Source of the DNA: Octopus vulgaris
Taxonomy: Eukaryota
Reading direction: 5' to 3'
DNA length: 64,000 nt
Assembly: GCA_951406725.2 (NCBI GenBank)
Contig: OX597815.1
Coordinates: 75,392,001-75,456,000 of the forward strand
Shown: positions 41,110 to 54,763 of the stretch, piece after piece
Layout of the letters: each line of letters begins with the position of its first letter
How positions within the stretch are numbered: position 1 is the first letter of the stretch
Program-made: the position numbers and the translations under genes
Notes under the pieces: model-generated
The model's database searches: none
What the model saw: the letters and a program-made list of their open reading frames with translations, nothing else
Told to the model about the DNA's origin: nothing

Positions 41110-41490
41110 CATTATCATCATTGTTCGACCGTGGTCGAGACAATGGAACTTACTATGTTACGCTAGACTTCACAGTCCATCATAGCACTACGAAGGTCCT
41201 GTTGCTGGATGCCTGTATCCCTGGAGATTACATCAGGGTAGGAGAGTGTGCGCCCTCTGGTATCGCGAGCAGATGGCTTCCAGAGAAGAAGAGTAGAAAT
41301 TACCTCGTTTTCAGCTCTACAACAATGTCCAGCAAACTGGACTCTTCTACCTTTCACAAGAGATGATACAGGTGGTAATTTCCCATATATTTGTACATTG
41401 GTTGGATGACGCTTCCACGTAAGATTTTGAGCTCTCATAAGGAGGTGAGTGTAAGTTCCATTCAACCGCCTCTCAAGCTTCTTTGATAAT
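41110..41490 (-). mobile_element. RTE-clade LINE 3' fragment
   Basis: ORF 41163-41465 contains RRVQFAGHCCRAENE..LLLWKP...GR. The 3' hairpin TCGACC-AC-GGTCGA is followed by an (ATG)-like tail. Possible TSD ATGCTGTT/ATGTTGTT. Confidence 0.85.
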
Positions 41491-41945
41491 GTTGTTATAT
41501 GGTGGGAAAATTAAGAATGGAAGAAGGAGTGAATGTGTAGATGCAAGTATAAGAGTAAGTGTGCAGTTGTGGAAGTATAGTGGGGTTTGTGTGAGTAAAT
41601 GTTAGGTAGATGATATCAAACTGTATGCGGGAAAAGAGTGACTCTGAATCTGAGAGGGGAAAGATATAGGAAAAGCAAATGGGATGGAAATAGTTGTGAT
41701 TGATGTGTGTGTGCGCGGGCAAGTGTGTATCTGTGCGCGCAAGAGTATAATACAATAACGTAGGGGTGTAAAACTCCTTTTTATCAAAGAGAAAAGGTTT
41801 AAACTAAAATTTGAAAAAGACAAAAAAACTGAATATTGTGAAGGGAGAAAAAAAGTAAAACCATTTCTAAAAATTATGCACACGCACACACGCGCACACA
41901 CATACACACACATAGACACACACACACGTCGCACTACGTACGTAC

Positions 41946-41976
<31 letters not shown>

Positions 41977-42358
41977 TGTATGTATGTATGTATGTATGTA
42001 TGTATGTATTTATGTATGTATGTATGTATGTATGTATGTATGTATGAATGTATGTATGAAAGACCAGACACCGTTTTTTTTATTAATACGCAGATGAAAC
42101 AGCGGTAATACAACAATTAACTTCGCAGTGGTTTTAAATCAAAGGCAAATACAATAGATTTCCTTAAATATAGCATTGGTCAAGTAAATTTGTAAGTTAG
42201 ATAGTATTCAGAAAAATTAAGCTGGCTTGTAGAGTTTCCGACTAAAAAAACATAGTGATGATCCCCCTTTGAAGAAGCAAACTATATGAATGTATCACGA
42301 TTTATTCTTTGCACTAATGTTTGTTCAGCATCGTACGGATGTAGTCTAATCGGTAAAT

Positions 42359-43112
42359 TTTGATCCTTTCACCCGCACGATTTTCATTAAGAAAAAAAAT
42401 GAAAACTCGGATGTTTTGCGTGCAAGCACACCGACCTCCTAATATGCTTCAAACCCCTTATTTTTGTTAAGAAAAAAAGATGGGGTGGGAAACCGGACCC
42501 CACCCATATCCGAGAATCATTGGAATTTTTTTTTCGTTGAATGAATTCCGGTGACCTCCTAATATGCTACAAAACACTCTTTTTTTGTCGGGGGTCCAGA
42601 AAACGGGGTGAGGTAGAGTGGAACTCACGGAAATTTCACCCTCACCCCCATATTCAAATATTTTTTGCTATTTCATTCTTTACCCATAATTTTAGGTAAC
42701 ATTTTGCAGAATTACGTTTTCGAGAGAATGTGGATCACATTAGATTGAAAATTCAATGAAGTTTGAAAAGAATAAGTGAAAACGTAGAGGTTATAGAAGT
42801 TAGTGGTAACGAAGTGTGTGGAGAGATAACGAACGATAAATTCATCTAAAGAAAAACACGTTAGAGTTTTTGCATGTATGTGTGAAAAAGTATAATATTA
42901 AAACAAAATATCTTTTTCCCACCTCTTAAAATCACTGGATATAATATATATTATAATCCCAGATGGCAGAATAGATCTGAAAAACTAGAGCATTTTCCTA
43001 TTGCAATTTTTGGCGCCGAAATGTGTTTCAGTTTTGTGTAGGGACAGAGAGAGAGTGAGAGAGTCCGAGTTCTTTTTTTCTTAGTGAAAATCGTGCATGT
43101 GAAAGGATCAAA
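42359..43112. mobile_element. Unclassified MITE / non-autonomous TIR element
   Basis: ~45-bp imperfect inverted repeats TTTGATCCTTTCAC..GCACGATTTTCA.TAAGAAAAAAA. Internal ~120-bp-period duplication (GACCTCCTAATATGCT at ~42433 and ~42553). Confidence 0.75.
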
Positions 43113-43214
43113 TAATACTGTCTAGTTTATTTACAGACATACATATTTATATCTGTATGTACACGCATATACCAGCCATAAACATACACACTCAAACACA
43201 CACATACTACCTTC

Positions 43215-43415
43215 AAATTTTGGCACAAGGCCAGCAATTTCGTGGAAGGGCGTAAATCGCTTACACTGCCTCCAGTGTCCAACTGGTACTGGTTTTATTC
43301 ACTCTGAAAGGTAAAGTCGACCACGGCGGAATTTGAACTCACAACGTAAAGACGGACGAAATTCCACTAAGCGCCTCTTTCCCGATGTGCTAACGATTCT
43401 GCTCGCTAGCAACCT
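43215..43415 (-). mobile_element. SINE of a third family; partial copies at ~24840-25010, 31560-31630, 50110-50270, 54490-54590 and 61620-61775
   Basis: Recurring GGCACAAGGCCAGCAATTT...CCCAGT...ACTGGTACT...AAAGTCGACC.CGGCGGAATTTGAACTC block. Confidence 0.7.
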
Positions 43416-44329
43416 TCAAACACATCTCTATTAACAGACTAAATATCGCCATTCAATGCGGAACAAATATTTCTGAAATATTTCCTGGTACACTGATGGA
43501 TTTTGCTCCTTTTAAAAGACATTGTTCCTTCCATATAATTCTTATTCTTGCAAGTTTTTACAAATGCAATCTAACCCTTCAAACTTACCTCTTATTTACT
43601 TTGCCAATTTCTTTATTAGATAGTTTGTCTTTCTTTAATTCTATTACTTTTGTCTCAAATCTAAAAGCCTGCCTCGTTTATTGTTTAGTTCTAATTCGTT
43701 TTATATCTGCTTTCTTCAGTTCTACGTCCCATTCCAAAAATCAATATGTGTTTTATTTGAGTTTCTATTATTATCAATTATTTTATGTTTATCAGTTCCC
43801 TTTCAACAAGACGCATTGCCGCGAGTTTAAATATTTGTGTTGTGAAACTATACTATAGTTTTGCTCTAATCTAAATAAATATACCCTATTAACCAGAATT
43901 TTGTGAGTTAAATATGAAACCCCTAATGGAAGCTTGCATCTGAAAATTTAAAACATATTTTCCCAAATTCTCTCACTATCTATATTTTGGTCTGTCCACT
44001 TCTTTTGTACATGTCATATTAAAAACACTTGTTCTAGGTCTCACAGCTTTTAACTCTGTATTAAATCGGGTTTTAAAATACAAATAAAATACCAATTCTT
44101 TTGGTACTTCTCTATTATCGACAGCCAATTTTTTCTTTATTAAAGGATCATCTTTTTTCGTTCTCTAATTCCAACAGACCGCCGACTCACAAGTCTAATA
44201 ATAATCCTTTAGTATATAGACTCTCTGTCAATAATAGAAATTATCAATCATTAACTATTTGAATACATATGTGTGTGTGTGTGCATACATACATACGTAC
44301 ATACATACATACATACATACATACATACA

Positions 44330-44359
<30 letters not shown>

Positions 44360-44360
<1 letters not shown>

Positions 44361-47101
44361 TAGGGTTATGACTTATTTGAAAATTTTGAAAGTAAACAGT
44401 TTCCTAAAGTCGATGAACAATTTTATATAAGTAGGGAAAATAACCTTTATTTAAGTTTTTTTTTTAAATGTCACACCAACTGAAGAAAGCTATCACCATT
44501 TTTTTACCCAAATCATGCAAAATTCTAGAGGGTGGGGTTCATAATGCCTACTCAGGGTTATACCAGACTTGGAGTGCTGACTTAATGCAATGCAGATGCA
44601 GTATTTTTCAAATTTCAGCTTTCAAGTTTAAGTAGTTTAGAAGTTATAGAGTTTTTAATTTGTTACTACTTAGGCCCTACTTTAGGAAATGTCTTCTTCC
44701 TCTCCTTTTTATTTCTGCGACGCTAAATCTCTGACAAAATTAACTGTTTTTCAGAATAGTAGGCTTATCCAACTAGAGTATCTAAAATAATGCCTCATAA
44801 GAGAAGTGCTTGTGTCACTCAAAGAAACAAAAACATCTGGATGAAGAATCTCGTGCAATTTCAAGACTCACATAGGAAAAGAAGACCTGTTCCTCTAGAA
44901 GAGCATTCTTTGGAAAACAACTGCAGGATACCAATGAAACTTCAAATTGTCGCTCGCTACCTGTTCCTTGGATGTACCACCAAAGGACGGAAAGAAAGAA
45001 TAAATGAAATTTCGAAATAAGTAACTTTTCTATGGCAAAAGAAATTAAATTTCCCATATTTATCAATTCAAAAAATACAAGCAAAAGCAGAAAAAGTGCT
45101 GAATACCTAAGATAAAACGAGGAAAATGCGATTCCTTGAAAGGAATTTTTGACATCACAAAGGAAGAATGTGAATGACTGTTCAGTGAGGATAGAAGGTT
45201 ATATTATCTTCAAATTGAAAGCAAAGGACAAGTTGGGTATCGAAATAGTTCCAAAACTATCCATCCATCCAAAAGAAGAAAAGTGTCCTTAATACCAACT
45301 TCAACCAGAGAAACTCCAATGTCATCGTCAACGTCTGAAGCAGAGACTGAAAGTGAATATCAAGAGTCCGAAAAATCAGATGAAGAATCCACACAAACAA
45401 GGAGGAAGTATAGCAAAACTGGAACTGCAACCAAGTTAGTAATATCTTCAAAGCTAACAACCCCAAAAGTAGCAACAGTTTCTCGACAATTATCTCAAGA
45501 TGGAATCAATGTCGAGACTCCTTTACAACCTGGTATCGACTATCAAAGAAGCTGTTAAACTAAAAAAGGAAATGAAGAAAACATTACATTTAGAAAACTG
45601 GTCATTGCATTTTGATGGTAAAAGTATTGATGACCAAGAATACCAAGTGCTAGTTTTAAAGAATGAACAGTGAGAAGTTAAGTTAGAAGCACTCCAATTA
45701 CTAAACGGAAAAACCGATACTGTTGTGAAAGGAATAACAGCTGTTTTGGATGAATACAATTTATGGAACTGTGTAAAGATGATTGTCGCTGATACAACGA
45801 GTGTGAACATTGGGAAACGAATTGGCATTGTTTACTCAAAAGGGTTTGAAAGAACCGCAATTTACTGATTGTCTGCAACATATCCTTGACAGAGTTCTTC
45901 GTATTGTAATGGATAAAGAACTTGGAGAAAAAAGTCATCTCCCAATATTGAATATACATTCATCCCAGAGCTTCTAAGTAATTACGAGAAACTCCAGGTT
46001 AGTTTCAACAACGGTGAAGAAAAGGTTACTGAATCAGCAGGATGGCGAGATGACATGAAATTTCTATTTCATTTGACCAGGGTCTTTGGTTTTTTTTGAA
46101 AAAACCGGAAAATTTCCTACTGTAAAGTTTCAAAAAATACCCAACTTAAGTAATGCAAGATGGAATTCTCGGGCAATACTAGCTCTTTTTGGCATTTATT
46201 CTTCTACCAGAGAAAAGAGCTTTGCTTCTCAATGTTTGTCGATTCATCTCTTACAGCTGGGCAGATTTTTGGCTTACTGACCAAATGTTCACTGTACATG
46301 ATTATCAGAAGTTATGTGGTAGCCTGCAAGTTCATAAAAAAGCATTGAACTCTGTAAAAAAAAAACTTTTGAAGTGGAGAACCATCAAAACTGGAAATTC
46401 CCAGAACATATCAGAGTGCAGAAAGGGCAATCAAATGCCTTCAAGATCTTTATGACGTTTGTAAAAAGGAGAAACTTCAGCTTCGATTTATTTTATCTAA
46501 CAAAACATATTAATTCTTTGTTATGTTAAAAATTTGCTAACAATCAACACCCTTTTTTCTTAAACAGTTATTTAAAATTGAAATTAAACCTATAAAGTTT
46601 AAAATATGCATTGTTTTTAATGTTGTATGGTATCGAATGCTTGTAGTGGCCTCTGTCTTAAAATAGCCTAGTTTTGAACCTTCGCGTAAAGCAATTTCAA
46701 TTCAGTAATCTTTAAAATGTATAAATACACTTTTATTCCACTCTGTCTTGCGTTTACAAAGATTTAGGTAGCGGAAATCCTGAAGTGTGAATCTAGTGCC
46801 CCTAGTGATTATAGTTTTAAAAGCCCATAACTCCGAAACTACTTCAACAAGAAATATGAAATTTCAGATATACTATTCCTGCATTGCATTGAGTCAGCAC
46901 ACCAAGTTTGGTAAAAACTTGAGCAGGCGTTATGAACCCACTAGAATTTTGCATGACTTGGGTCAGAAGTGGTGATCGATTTCTTAAGTTGGGATGATAT
47001 TTTTTTCAAATAAAGCAAAATAAACGTTAGCTTCCTGACTTTTATGAAATTATTCATCGAATTACAGTATAGAGTTATTAGGTTGTGAAAAAGTCATAAC
47101 C

Positions 47102-47105
<4 letters not shown>
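44360..47105 (+). mobile_element. hAT-superfamily (hATm-like) DNA transposon, decayed, with long imperfect TIRs
   Basis: Termini TTAGGGTTATGACTT/AAGTCATAACCCTAA, with ~300 bp of imperfect inverted similarity. Broken transposase 44790-46510 carries LHFDGK, ADTTSVN.G, CLQHILD, ARWNSRAI and AERAIK. Confidence 0.85.
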
Positions 47106-47165
<60 letters not shown>

Positions 47166-47506
47166 TAGTAGTATTTATAATATTGTTTAAGGTACAGCTT
47201 TCTGAATGGCTTGGATATCCACCTACAAATCGAAGTTACGCTGTTTCGTATGGTGTCAGCAGCTTTCTGCTTGTGGCCACAGCAATTACTAGCCAACGGT
47301 TCAGACCAGGAAGATGCGTGATATAGCTTATCATTGTAGCCATTTAGTACACAGTAAAACCTTAGAATATTTACGTTTGTGAGATAAGTTAGTGTATATT
47401 TCCCGTGTTTGTATCTCGGATAAACGGTAGTCTTCATTGGATTGGTTGCTCGTAATACATTGCACGAAAAGGAAACCTCCCGGGTTACTTCAACAATCTA
47501 CAAGAT

Positions 47507-47805
47507 CAGTTGTTCTCAAATGGGGTCCATACGACCCTTGGCGGTCCGTGTAAAATTTTTAGGGGTCCACACGAGCAAATGTTTGATTTAAAAGCATTTA
47601 TTGCAAAAAACAGCTAGGTTTTCTTTCTCTAACGTTTTACATAGTTCAACTTTTGCAAGTTATTGTGAGAGAAGCAAAATAGGAATTTTGAAAGAAGCGT
47701 CTTTTAAACTAGTTTTTACGCATCGAATGGCTTTGGTGGGAGGGGGCACTAGAATAGAATAGTAATCAAAGGAGTCCATGGGCCAAAAAGGATTGAGAAG
47801 CACTG
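47507..47805. mobile_element. hAT-type MITE
   Basis: TIRs CAGTTGTTCTCAA/TTGAGAAGCACTG and an 8-bp TSD TACAAGAT/TACTAGAT. Confidence 0.85.
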
Positions 47806-48822
47806 TACTAGATTATGGAAGGGGAAGTTTCCGTCATCATATATAATACTTGTTTTAAAAGACCAAAAATATTAGAATGACACAATTGGGTGCAACTGTT
47901 TTGACACCAGCGATCTGGCACAGCTGACTGGTCAGTCGACCTGTTTGGTCGAGAGTACTTTTTGGAGCTGGAGCTACATGTACGTACACGCATGTGCGCA
48001 GAGACATACACATACACATAGAGAGAGTGGGAGGGAGAGAAAAATAGAGAGAGACATTATAAGTTATTAATTGAACACGATTGACGTAAACACTACCACC
48101 TCTCTTAATCATAAAGAGAAATATGTTCACACACATAAACAGAAAGAATGATTGGAAGGAGGGCGGGAAGAGAGAGGAAGGGAAGAAAGAGGAGAACGAG
48201 AGAAACATTAAAGCGACTAAAATATTAAAAAGACCTGTTATCAAATAAATCACAATCAAAAAGCAGCGGCAAAACAGCTACGCCAAGACGTCCCATAACC
48301 AACGATTATACTGAGAGCTATTTTCTCAAATCTACATCTCCGCTCCTTTATGAAAGCGTTAACTTTGTATGAAGTCAAAAACACCATTACATTACGTGTT
48401 TTCAGATAATATTTTGTAGCTTTTTTACGCTACATTTCTGGAGAGAAAAAGACAAAATGGAAAAAAAGAAAATATAGAGAAAGAATAAAAGTAAGAGAAA
48501 TATAAAAGAAAAAGAGGAACTGATTCAATTTTCACCATTCATACCTCTTCCAAAGATGTTTTGTACAGCAAAACACCAAAAGGTCAACTTGCGACATTAA
48601 ACTGTGACTAAAGATGCTTAGGTTTAACATTATTTTTTCTTCTCCAGATTTATCTTTATTATTTTTCTCCTCATTTTTTTTCTTGCAGCTCATAAATCAT
48701 GCATGCATTTATCATGCATGCATTTGTATCTGTAGGTTTATGAATATTTGTGCGCATATATGCATCTACTTACATATGTTAGTATGCATGCGTGAGAGGG
48801 GGAGAGAGAGAGAGAGAGAGAG

Positions 48823-48880
<58 letters not shown>

Positions 48881-49118
48881 GTTCTCGCATGATTATTCGC
48901 GTCCGAGTGGGCGCATCTTGCTACTTGCTTGCACGCGTTTCCATAGGATGAGGCGTATGTATGTGTGTATAAGTGAATGTGTCAACGAGAATGTGATCAT
49001 GTGTGCATATGCATATATATCTATCTTTGAATGTCTGTATTTGCTGAAATCTGTGCATGTGGATTATGCATCTTTATGTACAAATATAATCAAATATATG
49101 CATGTGTTTGTGTAAGAG

Positions 49119-49181
<63 letters not shown>

Positions 49182-49393
49182 GCGCGAACACACATTCAAA
49201 TTCATACACCAACGCACGCATGCACACACACACACACACACACACAAAATGCGGATAAGATGAAAAACAGTTTTATACTATGTATTATGTGTATGAGTGT
49301 GTGCCTGTACGTGTATGTGTACTATATGTGTGCGGATGAGCATATATTGGGTATATGCGCGTGCATGTTTGCATGTATGTGTCTATATGTGTG

Positions 49394-49448
<55 letters not shown>

Positions 49449-49493
49449 GTGTGTGTATACACACACATACATATACACACACACAAATATATG

Positions 49494-49526
<33 letters not shown>

Positions 49527-50623
49527 TGAAGTATGTGATTAAGGCAATGCCGTGATTTCGCTTTCTTTTCTATAATTTTCCCCGCATATCTTCATTTCTT
49601 TCTCTATTTCTTTCCTTGTTTTCTTTCTATATATCTTTTTCTCCGTCACCATTGCTTCTTTTTTTCTTTTGTCTTGAATTATCTCTTATTTATTCATTTA
49701 TTTATTTATTCGTTTTCCTTATTTTTCACTGCCTTGTCTCTTAGTTGCAATACTTGACATGATACCAAAAACTGGACATAGAATATTTCAATCCATTATT
49801 CATGTTCCATCCTGTATTTCACACACGCACTTTCACACAAATGTTTTATACACACGCACACAAATACAAGGTATATATGCACATATATTCATCTGCATAC
49901 ACATAAGCACATACTCATACACACGCACAAATCCTTCTGTCTCACAAAAACACACATCCTCTCACTCCCTCACACACACGCGCACAAAATCGCGTGTACA
50001 CACATGCAGAAAGATAGAGGTCATGACCTCCTGCTGTTTATATATCACCAAGGCAGGGAGAGAACACATTTTAGATTATATAAGCTCCTTGGTTTTCTAC
50101 AAAGTAGCTGGCAGAATCGCTAGCGCATCGAACAAAATACTTCAGCAGCATTTCTTACTGCTCTTTACGTTCTGAGTTCAAATTCCGTCGAGATTGGCTT
50201 TGCCTTTCAACCCTTCGGGGTCGATAAGTCAGATTACAGTGGAATAGACTAACTCCCTTCCCTCATCCTTGAAATTAGCATCATTCCAGTTTTAGTAGGA
50301 ATCAACTGACACTCTGTTACAACTGAGTTTTTTACCCACTTTTTACCCGCTAGATCAGACAATTCTGGGCGAACTGAATTGCAAGAAAGAACAATGTTAA
50401 TTATGTCGCTTGGTATTCCTCGGTGTCTCTCAGCTGGTTGTTAGCCCTGCAGAAAGATTTTACTGCTTCTCTTAGTTTTAGCTGCTATAGTGGAAGGTTT
50501 GTGAGTATAACGTACAAGTATCAGGGATACTTCTATGCAGTGCTTAAAACATATAAGAAATCTATATATTTTGGATCTCAAATGCTTCCGTCATGTACAG
50601 CCTGCAGTTTCGTGTTTCATTAT

Positions 50624-52655
50624 TGCTGTAAAGTGGGTTCCTTCCACTGGTGTGATGTGTGACTGCCGTTGTACTGTAGTTGCTGTTTTACACTAGTAGT
50701 CACAATGGTTACTAGTCATCGGATACCGCTGTATCTCTTCGTACCAGAGTAGTAAAACACAAACTTGTCTTACTATCGCTGATAGCTCCACAAGACACCG
50801 ACTAGAACTGTCGACTCTCAACTCTTCGACTCTTGACCCTCTCTTGACGACCGTCTACTGGTCTATTTATAATGACCCTATTGTACCACTTTTTTACCGG
50901 GAGGGGTACACAGTTTCACAATATAACATCTCCTCTTTTAATTATTTTATTTAACTATCAATTTCTTTTATTCACCCTACCTCCTCCTTTTTATTCATTT
51001 ATTTTTATATACTCAATATTGTTTTTCTTCTTAAGGTCTACTTTTAGGAATTCAGTGTTCTTCCTTTTCTTTGTACATGTGGTTTCGAATTCTTTTAACG
51101 GTGTTCGGACAAGAAAAGTGTCATATAACCAATCCATCGGTATTTCTACTCTTGTTGGTTTCTTTCTATGACTCTTTCCTTAAGTTGATTTCTGTCTCCT
51201 TTCCATTCCATTTCTACTTCTTACACCACACATCATTCTTCCTATGTATGTTACAATTCCTCCCTCTTCCCAGTATTACTTGCCATTTTTTTTGTATATT
51301 CTTATATATACCTTATCACCAATTCTAAAGAATTTTGGCATGTCTTTACTAGCACGTATTACCCCCACCCCCGGTAACAGTTTATCAAATACTAACTTCA
51401 TCTTTCAGGCAAACATTAATTCTGCTGGTGAACTTCCTTCTGGCGTATTTGGGTTCGGAGTTACCCTATATACCCTTAAGAATTGTTGAAACATGACCTT
51501 GTCCGTGGCTTCCTTCTTAGCTTTCATTAAAGCTCTCTTAAAAGTCCCCACGAATCGTTCGGCCCTTCCATTCGGTGTAGGGTGATATAGAGCTATAGTT
51601 TTATGTTCTAACGTGAGCACCTCGCATAATCTTTTAAACTCACAGGATTCAAACAGTGTTCCGTTATCAGAAACAATTATATCCGGTACATCAAATCTTG
51701 CGAACAGCTCGTGTAAGAAGTTTATTACCGTATATGAGGTTGGTCGTTTACACTTCGCGACCTCAGGCCATTTTGTGTAGCAGTCTACTACTATTAACTA
51801 ATAATATCCATTTACCGGGCCTGCAAAATCGATATACAATCGGAACCATGGTATTTTCACTTCCGGTCAAGGTCCACATTTTGTAGTAGGTAGTTTTGCT
51901 GCCAGCGCACATCCTCTGCAGCCTTTTACCAGGTTCTCAACCTTCTTGTCCATGCATGGCTAGTATACGAAACTTCGCATCAGCACTTTCATTGTAGAGA
52001 TGCTTGATTGTCCCACATGGAACTCTTTTAGCATTATCTTCTGTAATAACTGTGGTATGACCACCCTCTAAGCGTACATTAGTACACCATCACATATAGA
52101 GTAACGCTCACAGTTTGGCGGTTCTTTGCATCAGACCTTTCTTTATTTCCTTTTGTCGACCACATTTTTTTTTGTCTCATTAATAAATTTGTCATTTCTC
52201 GCATCTTATTTCCTCCAAAGTTACTGGTACTTCACACATGATGTTCCACATCACTTTTCCATTAAGTCTGCACAAGATTTTTGCTTCTTTTTTGTCGGGT
52301 TATCTAATTTTCCACGTGAATTTGTTTAAACTCTTCGCGTGAATGTTTTTTTTCACTCTGCGTAAATTTGTTTTTCCTCGTCGCCACTGTTGTAAAATGG
52401 GTTTCGACTGATGTAATGAGTGACTGCCGTTGTCCTGTAGTTGCTGTTTTACGTTAGTAGCCACAAGTCATCGGATACCGTTGTATCTCTTCATACTGGA
52501 ATAGTAATAAACTAACTTCTGTCTTACTATCACTGATAGATCCACAAGAACTGTCGACTCCCGACCCTCTCTTAACGACCGTCTCCTGGTCTATTTATAA
52601 TAGCTGACTCCTACCACTTTTTACCAGGAGAGGTATACAGTTTCACTATACAATA
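50624..52655 (-). mobile_element. Ty3/Gypsy (Mag/K02A2.6-like) LTR retrotransposon, internally deleted
   Basis: LTRs at 50624-50928 and 52388-52655. PBS TGGCGACGAGG (52376-52386, tRNA-Ser-like), PPT AAAGAGGAGA, TSD ATTAT/GTTAT. Integrase motifs PDIIVSDNG, NGRAERFVGTFK and SPAELMF. Confidence 0.92.
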
Positions 52656-52897
52656 GTTATTATATAGGATGGATTTGTCCACATTGTCTTCTCGTCAGAC
52701 CTGGTCCCTCTCAATATCTAAACGAATAATGACAGAGAATGAATAGAATTGGTCGTAGAGTCGGCTTTTGAATGTTTACCTTCGGTGGGGTTTGAACTCA
52801 GGGCGAAAGGGTCATAACTAAATGCTGCAAGAGGGGCTAACGAGTCTGCTACTCAACCATACATACACACACACGTATATATATATATATATATAAT

Positions 52898-53063
52898 ATA
52901 ATTCGAGACAAAACCACTATTTTAAAACCAAACAAGGAAAGACTTAATCAATACATAAAATTTTAATATAAATTAAATAATTATTTAATTTATATTAAAA
53001 TTTTATGTATTGATTAAGTCTTTCCTTGTTTGGTTTTAAAATAGTGGTTTTGTCTCGAATTAT
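52898..53063. repeat. Perfect 166-bp spacerless palindrome with a one-sided tail, in (TA)n
   Basis: Centre at 52980/52981 (AATTAAATAA|TTATTTAATT). Unique tail 53064-53150, then (TA)n. Confidence 0.95.
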
Positions 53064-53251
53064 ATTATATAATATTTTACTATAAAATTGGATTTAACCC
53101 TAAATCTGATTTTTCCCTGTAATTTTGGATTCATTCCCTAATATTTATTATATATATATATATGCCGACTGAAACTTAATTTTTTAAAATATAATGTATA
53201 ACGATGAGACACGTGTTATTCGTCTCTTAATCATATGTTAGTGTTGTGGCG

Positions 53252-53323
53252 CGTTCAGTGATGAGAAATTCGCCTAGCAAATAATTTTATTTACTAAAAA
53301 ATTTTGAAACCAAGGTCTGACCG
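53252..53323 (+). ncRNA. Type I hammerhead ribozyme-like motif (C3G variant)
   Basis: CGUUCA-GUGAUGA-GAAAUU...AAUUUU-GAAA-CC(AA)GG-UC-UGACCG. Stems I, II and III all form, with a GUC cleavage triplet. It lies in a ~300-bp insert flanked by (TA)n. Confidence 0.65.
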
Positions 53324-53465
53324 GATTAGAATAGCAAGGTAAAACAGTGATTTTATTTTTCATTCCTTTTGAAGATTGCTCTTAAATGTGGTTTTGGTCG
53401 TTTTGACTACTTCTAGCGTGTAAAAACTGCCTGTTGAAGGCAGTTTTCTCTTGTGTTTTAATATA

Positions 53466-53513
<48 letters not shown>

Positions 53514-53714
53514 TAGGAAAGAATCGAGCTGAACGAAGATTTAACAAAATTCCAAAAGGCACGGAGTTTATGCCCTATGGTCGTAACTTCAACCGTGCTT
53601 TTTCTGTTGTGAGCTTGCTACCCAGGTATCGGTTATCTTTCGAATTATCCGTAATGAGATAATTCATTTGCCTACTTAAATAATATATATATATATATAT
53701 ATATAAACTCTCAC

Positions 53715-53865
53715 CTTATTTTCAGGGTATGATGGATAGTGTCAGCTTATTCTTTGCAAGCCTAGTACTTATTTTATCGGTCATTTTTGCCGAACCGCTA
53801 AGTTACGCGGACGTAAACACACCAGGATCGGTTGTGAAGCTATGTTGGGGGACAAACCAGACACA

Positions 53866-53958
<93 letters not shown>

Positions 53959-54122
53959 GACACGCTTCTTCCAGTTTCCGTCTACCAAATCCACTCACAA
54001 GGCTTTCATCGGCCCGAGGCTATAGTAAGAAGACACTTGCCCAAGGTGCCATGCAATGGGACTGAACCCAGGACCATGTGGTTGGTAAGCAAGCTACTTA
54101 CCACAAAGCCACTCCTGCGCCT
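53715..54122 (-). mobile_element. tRNA-derived SINE
   Basis: Reverse complement of the 9557-type head (GGCGCAGGAGTGGC..TGTGGTAAGTAGCTTGC). Confidence 0.85.
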
Positions 54123-54123
54123 G

Positions 54124-54435
54124 ATGATTTTTGTGGGTGTTCTATCTTTACATTTGTACCAATCTTCTTGAGCCATGTTGATAGTTGAGTGCTGATACTT
54201 CCAAGTGCACCAATCACTGCTGGTATCACGTCCACTCTCTTCATCGCTCACAACCTGAGTATTTCCCACTTCAAATTGTCATAGTTCTTCAGTTTTTCTT
54301 CTTTCTCTTTGATCCTGTTGTCACCCAGGACACGCTATGTCGATTATAACGCAAGTTTTTTCTTCTTTGTTCATCACAACAATGTTAGATTTCCGATGTC
54401 TGATCTGATGGTCACACTGAATCATTGCAGCCCAC
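54124..54435 (-). mobile_element. Dong/R4-like RLE fragment
   Basis: Clear similarity to 62600-62850 (CDHQIRHRKSNIVVMNK; shared AGCCATGTTG..GTGCTG.TACTTCCA.GTGCA). Confidence 0.7.
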
Positions 54436-54715
54436 AGGATATTGCAGTGTTCATTCTCGGTAACTCCTGCGATTTGGTTCTACAGTATTTCTTCTGACTC
54501 GTTACGTTCTGAGTTCTATTCACGCCGAGGTCAACTTTACATTTCATCCTTCTGGGTCGATAAAACAAACTACCAGTCATACTCTGAGTCGATAGTACCG
54601 ACAAAGCCACTTCCATTAGAATTGTTGGCTTGCATCTAAATGAGAAATCCTTAACCATTATTAGAAATGCCATTAAAACCGTCATTTTAAGATCATTTTT
54701 AGCACCACCACCACC

Positions 54716-54763
<48 letters not shown>

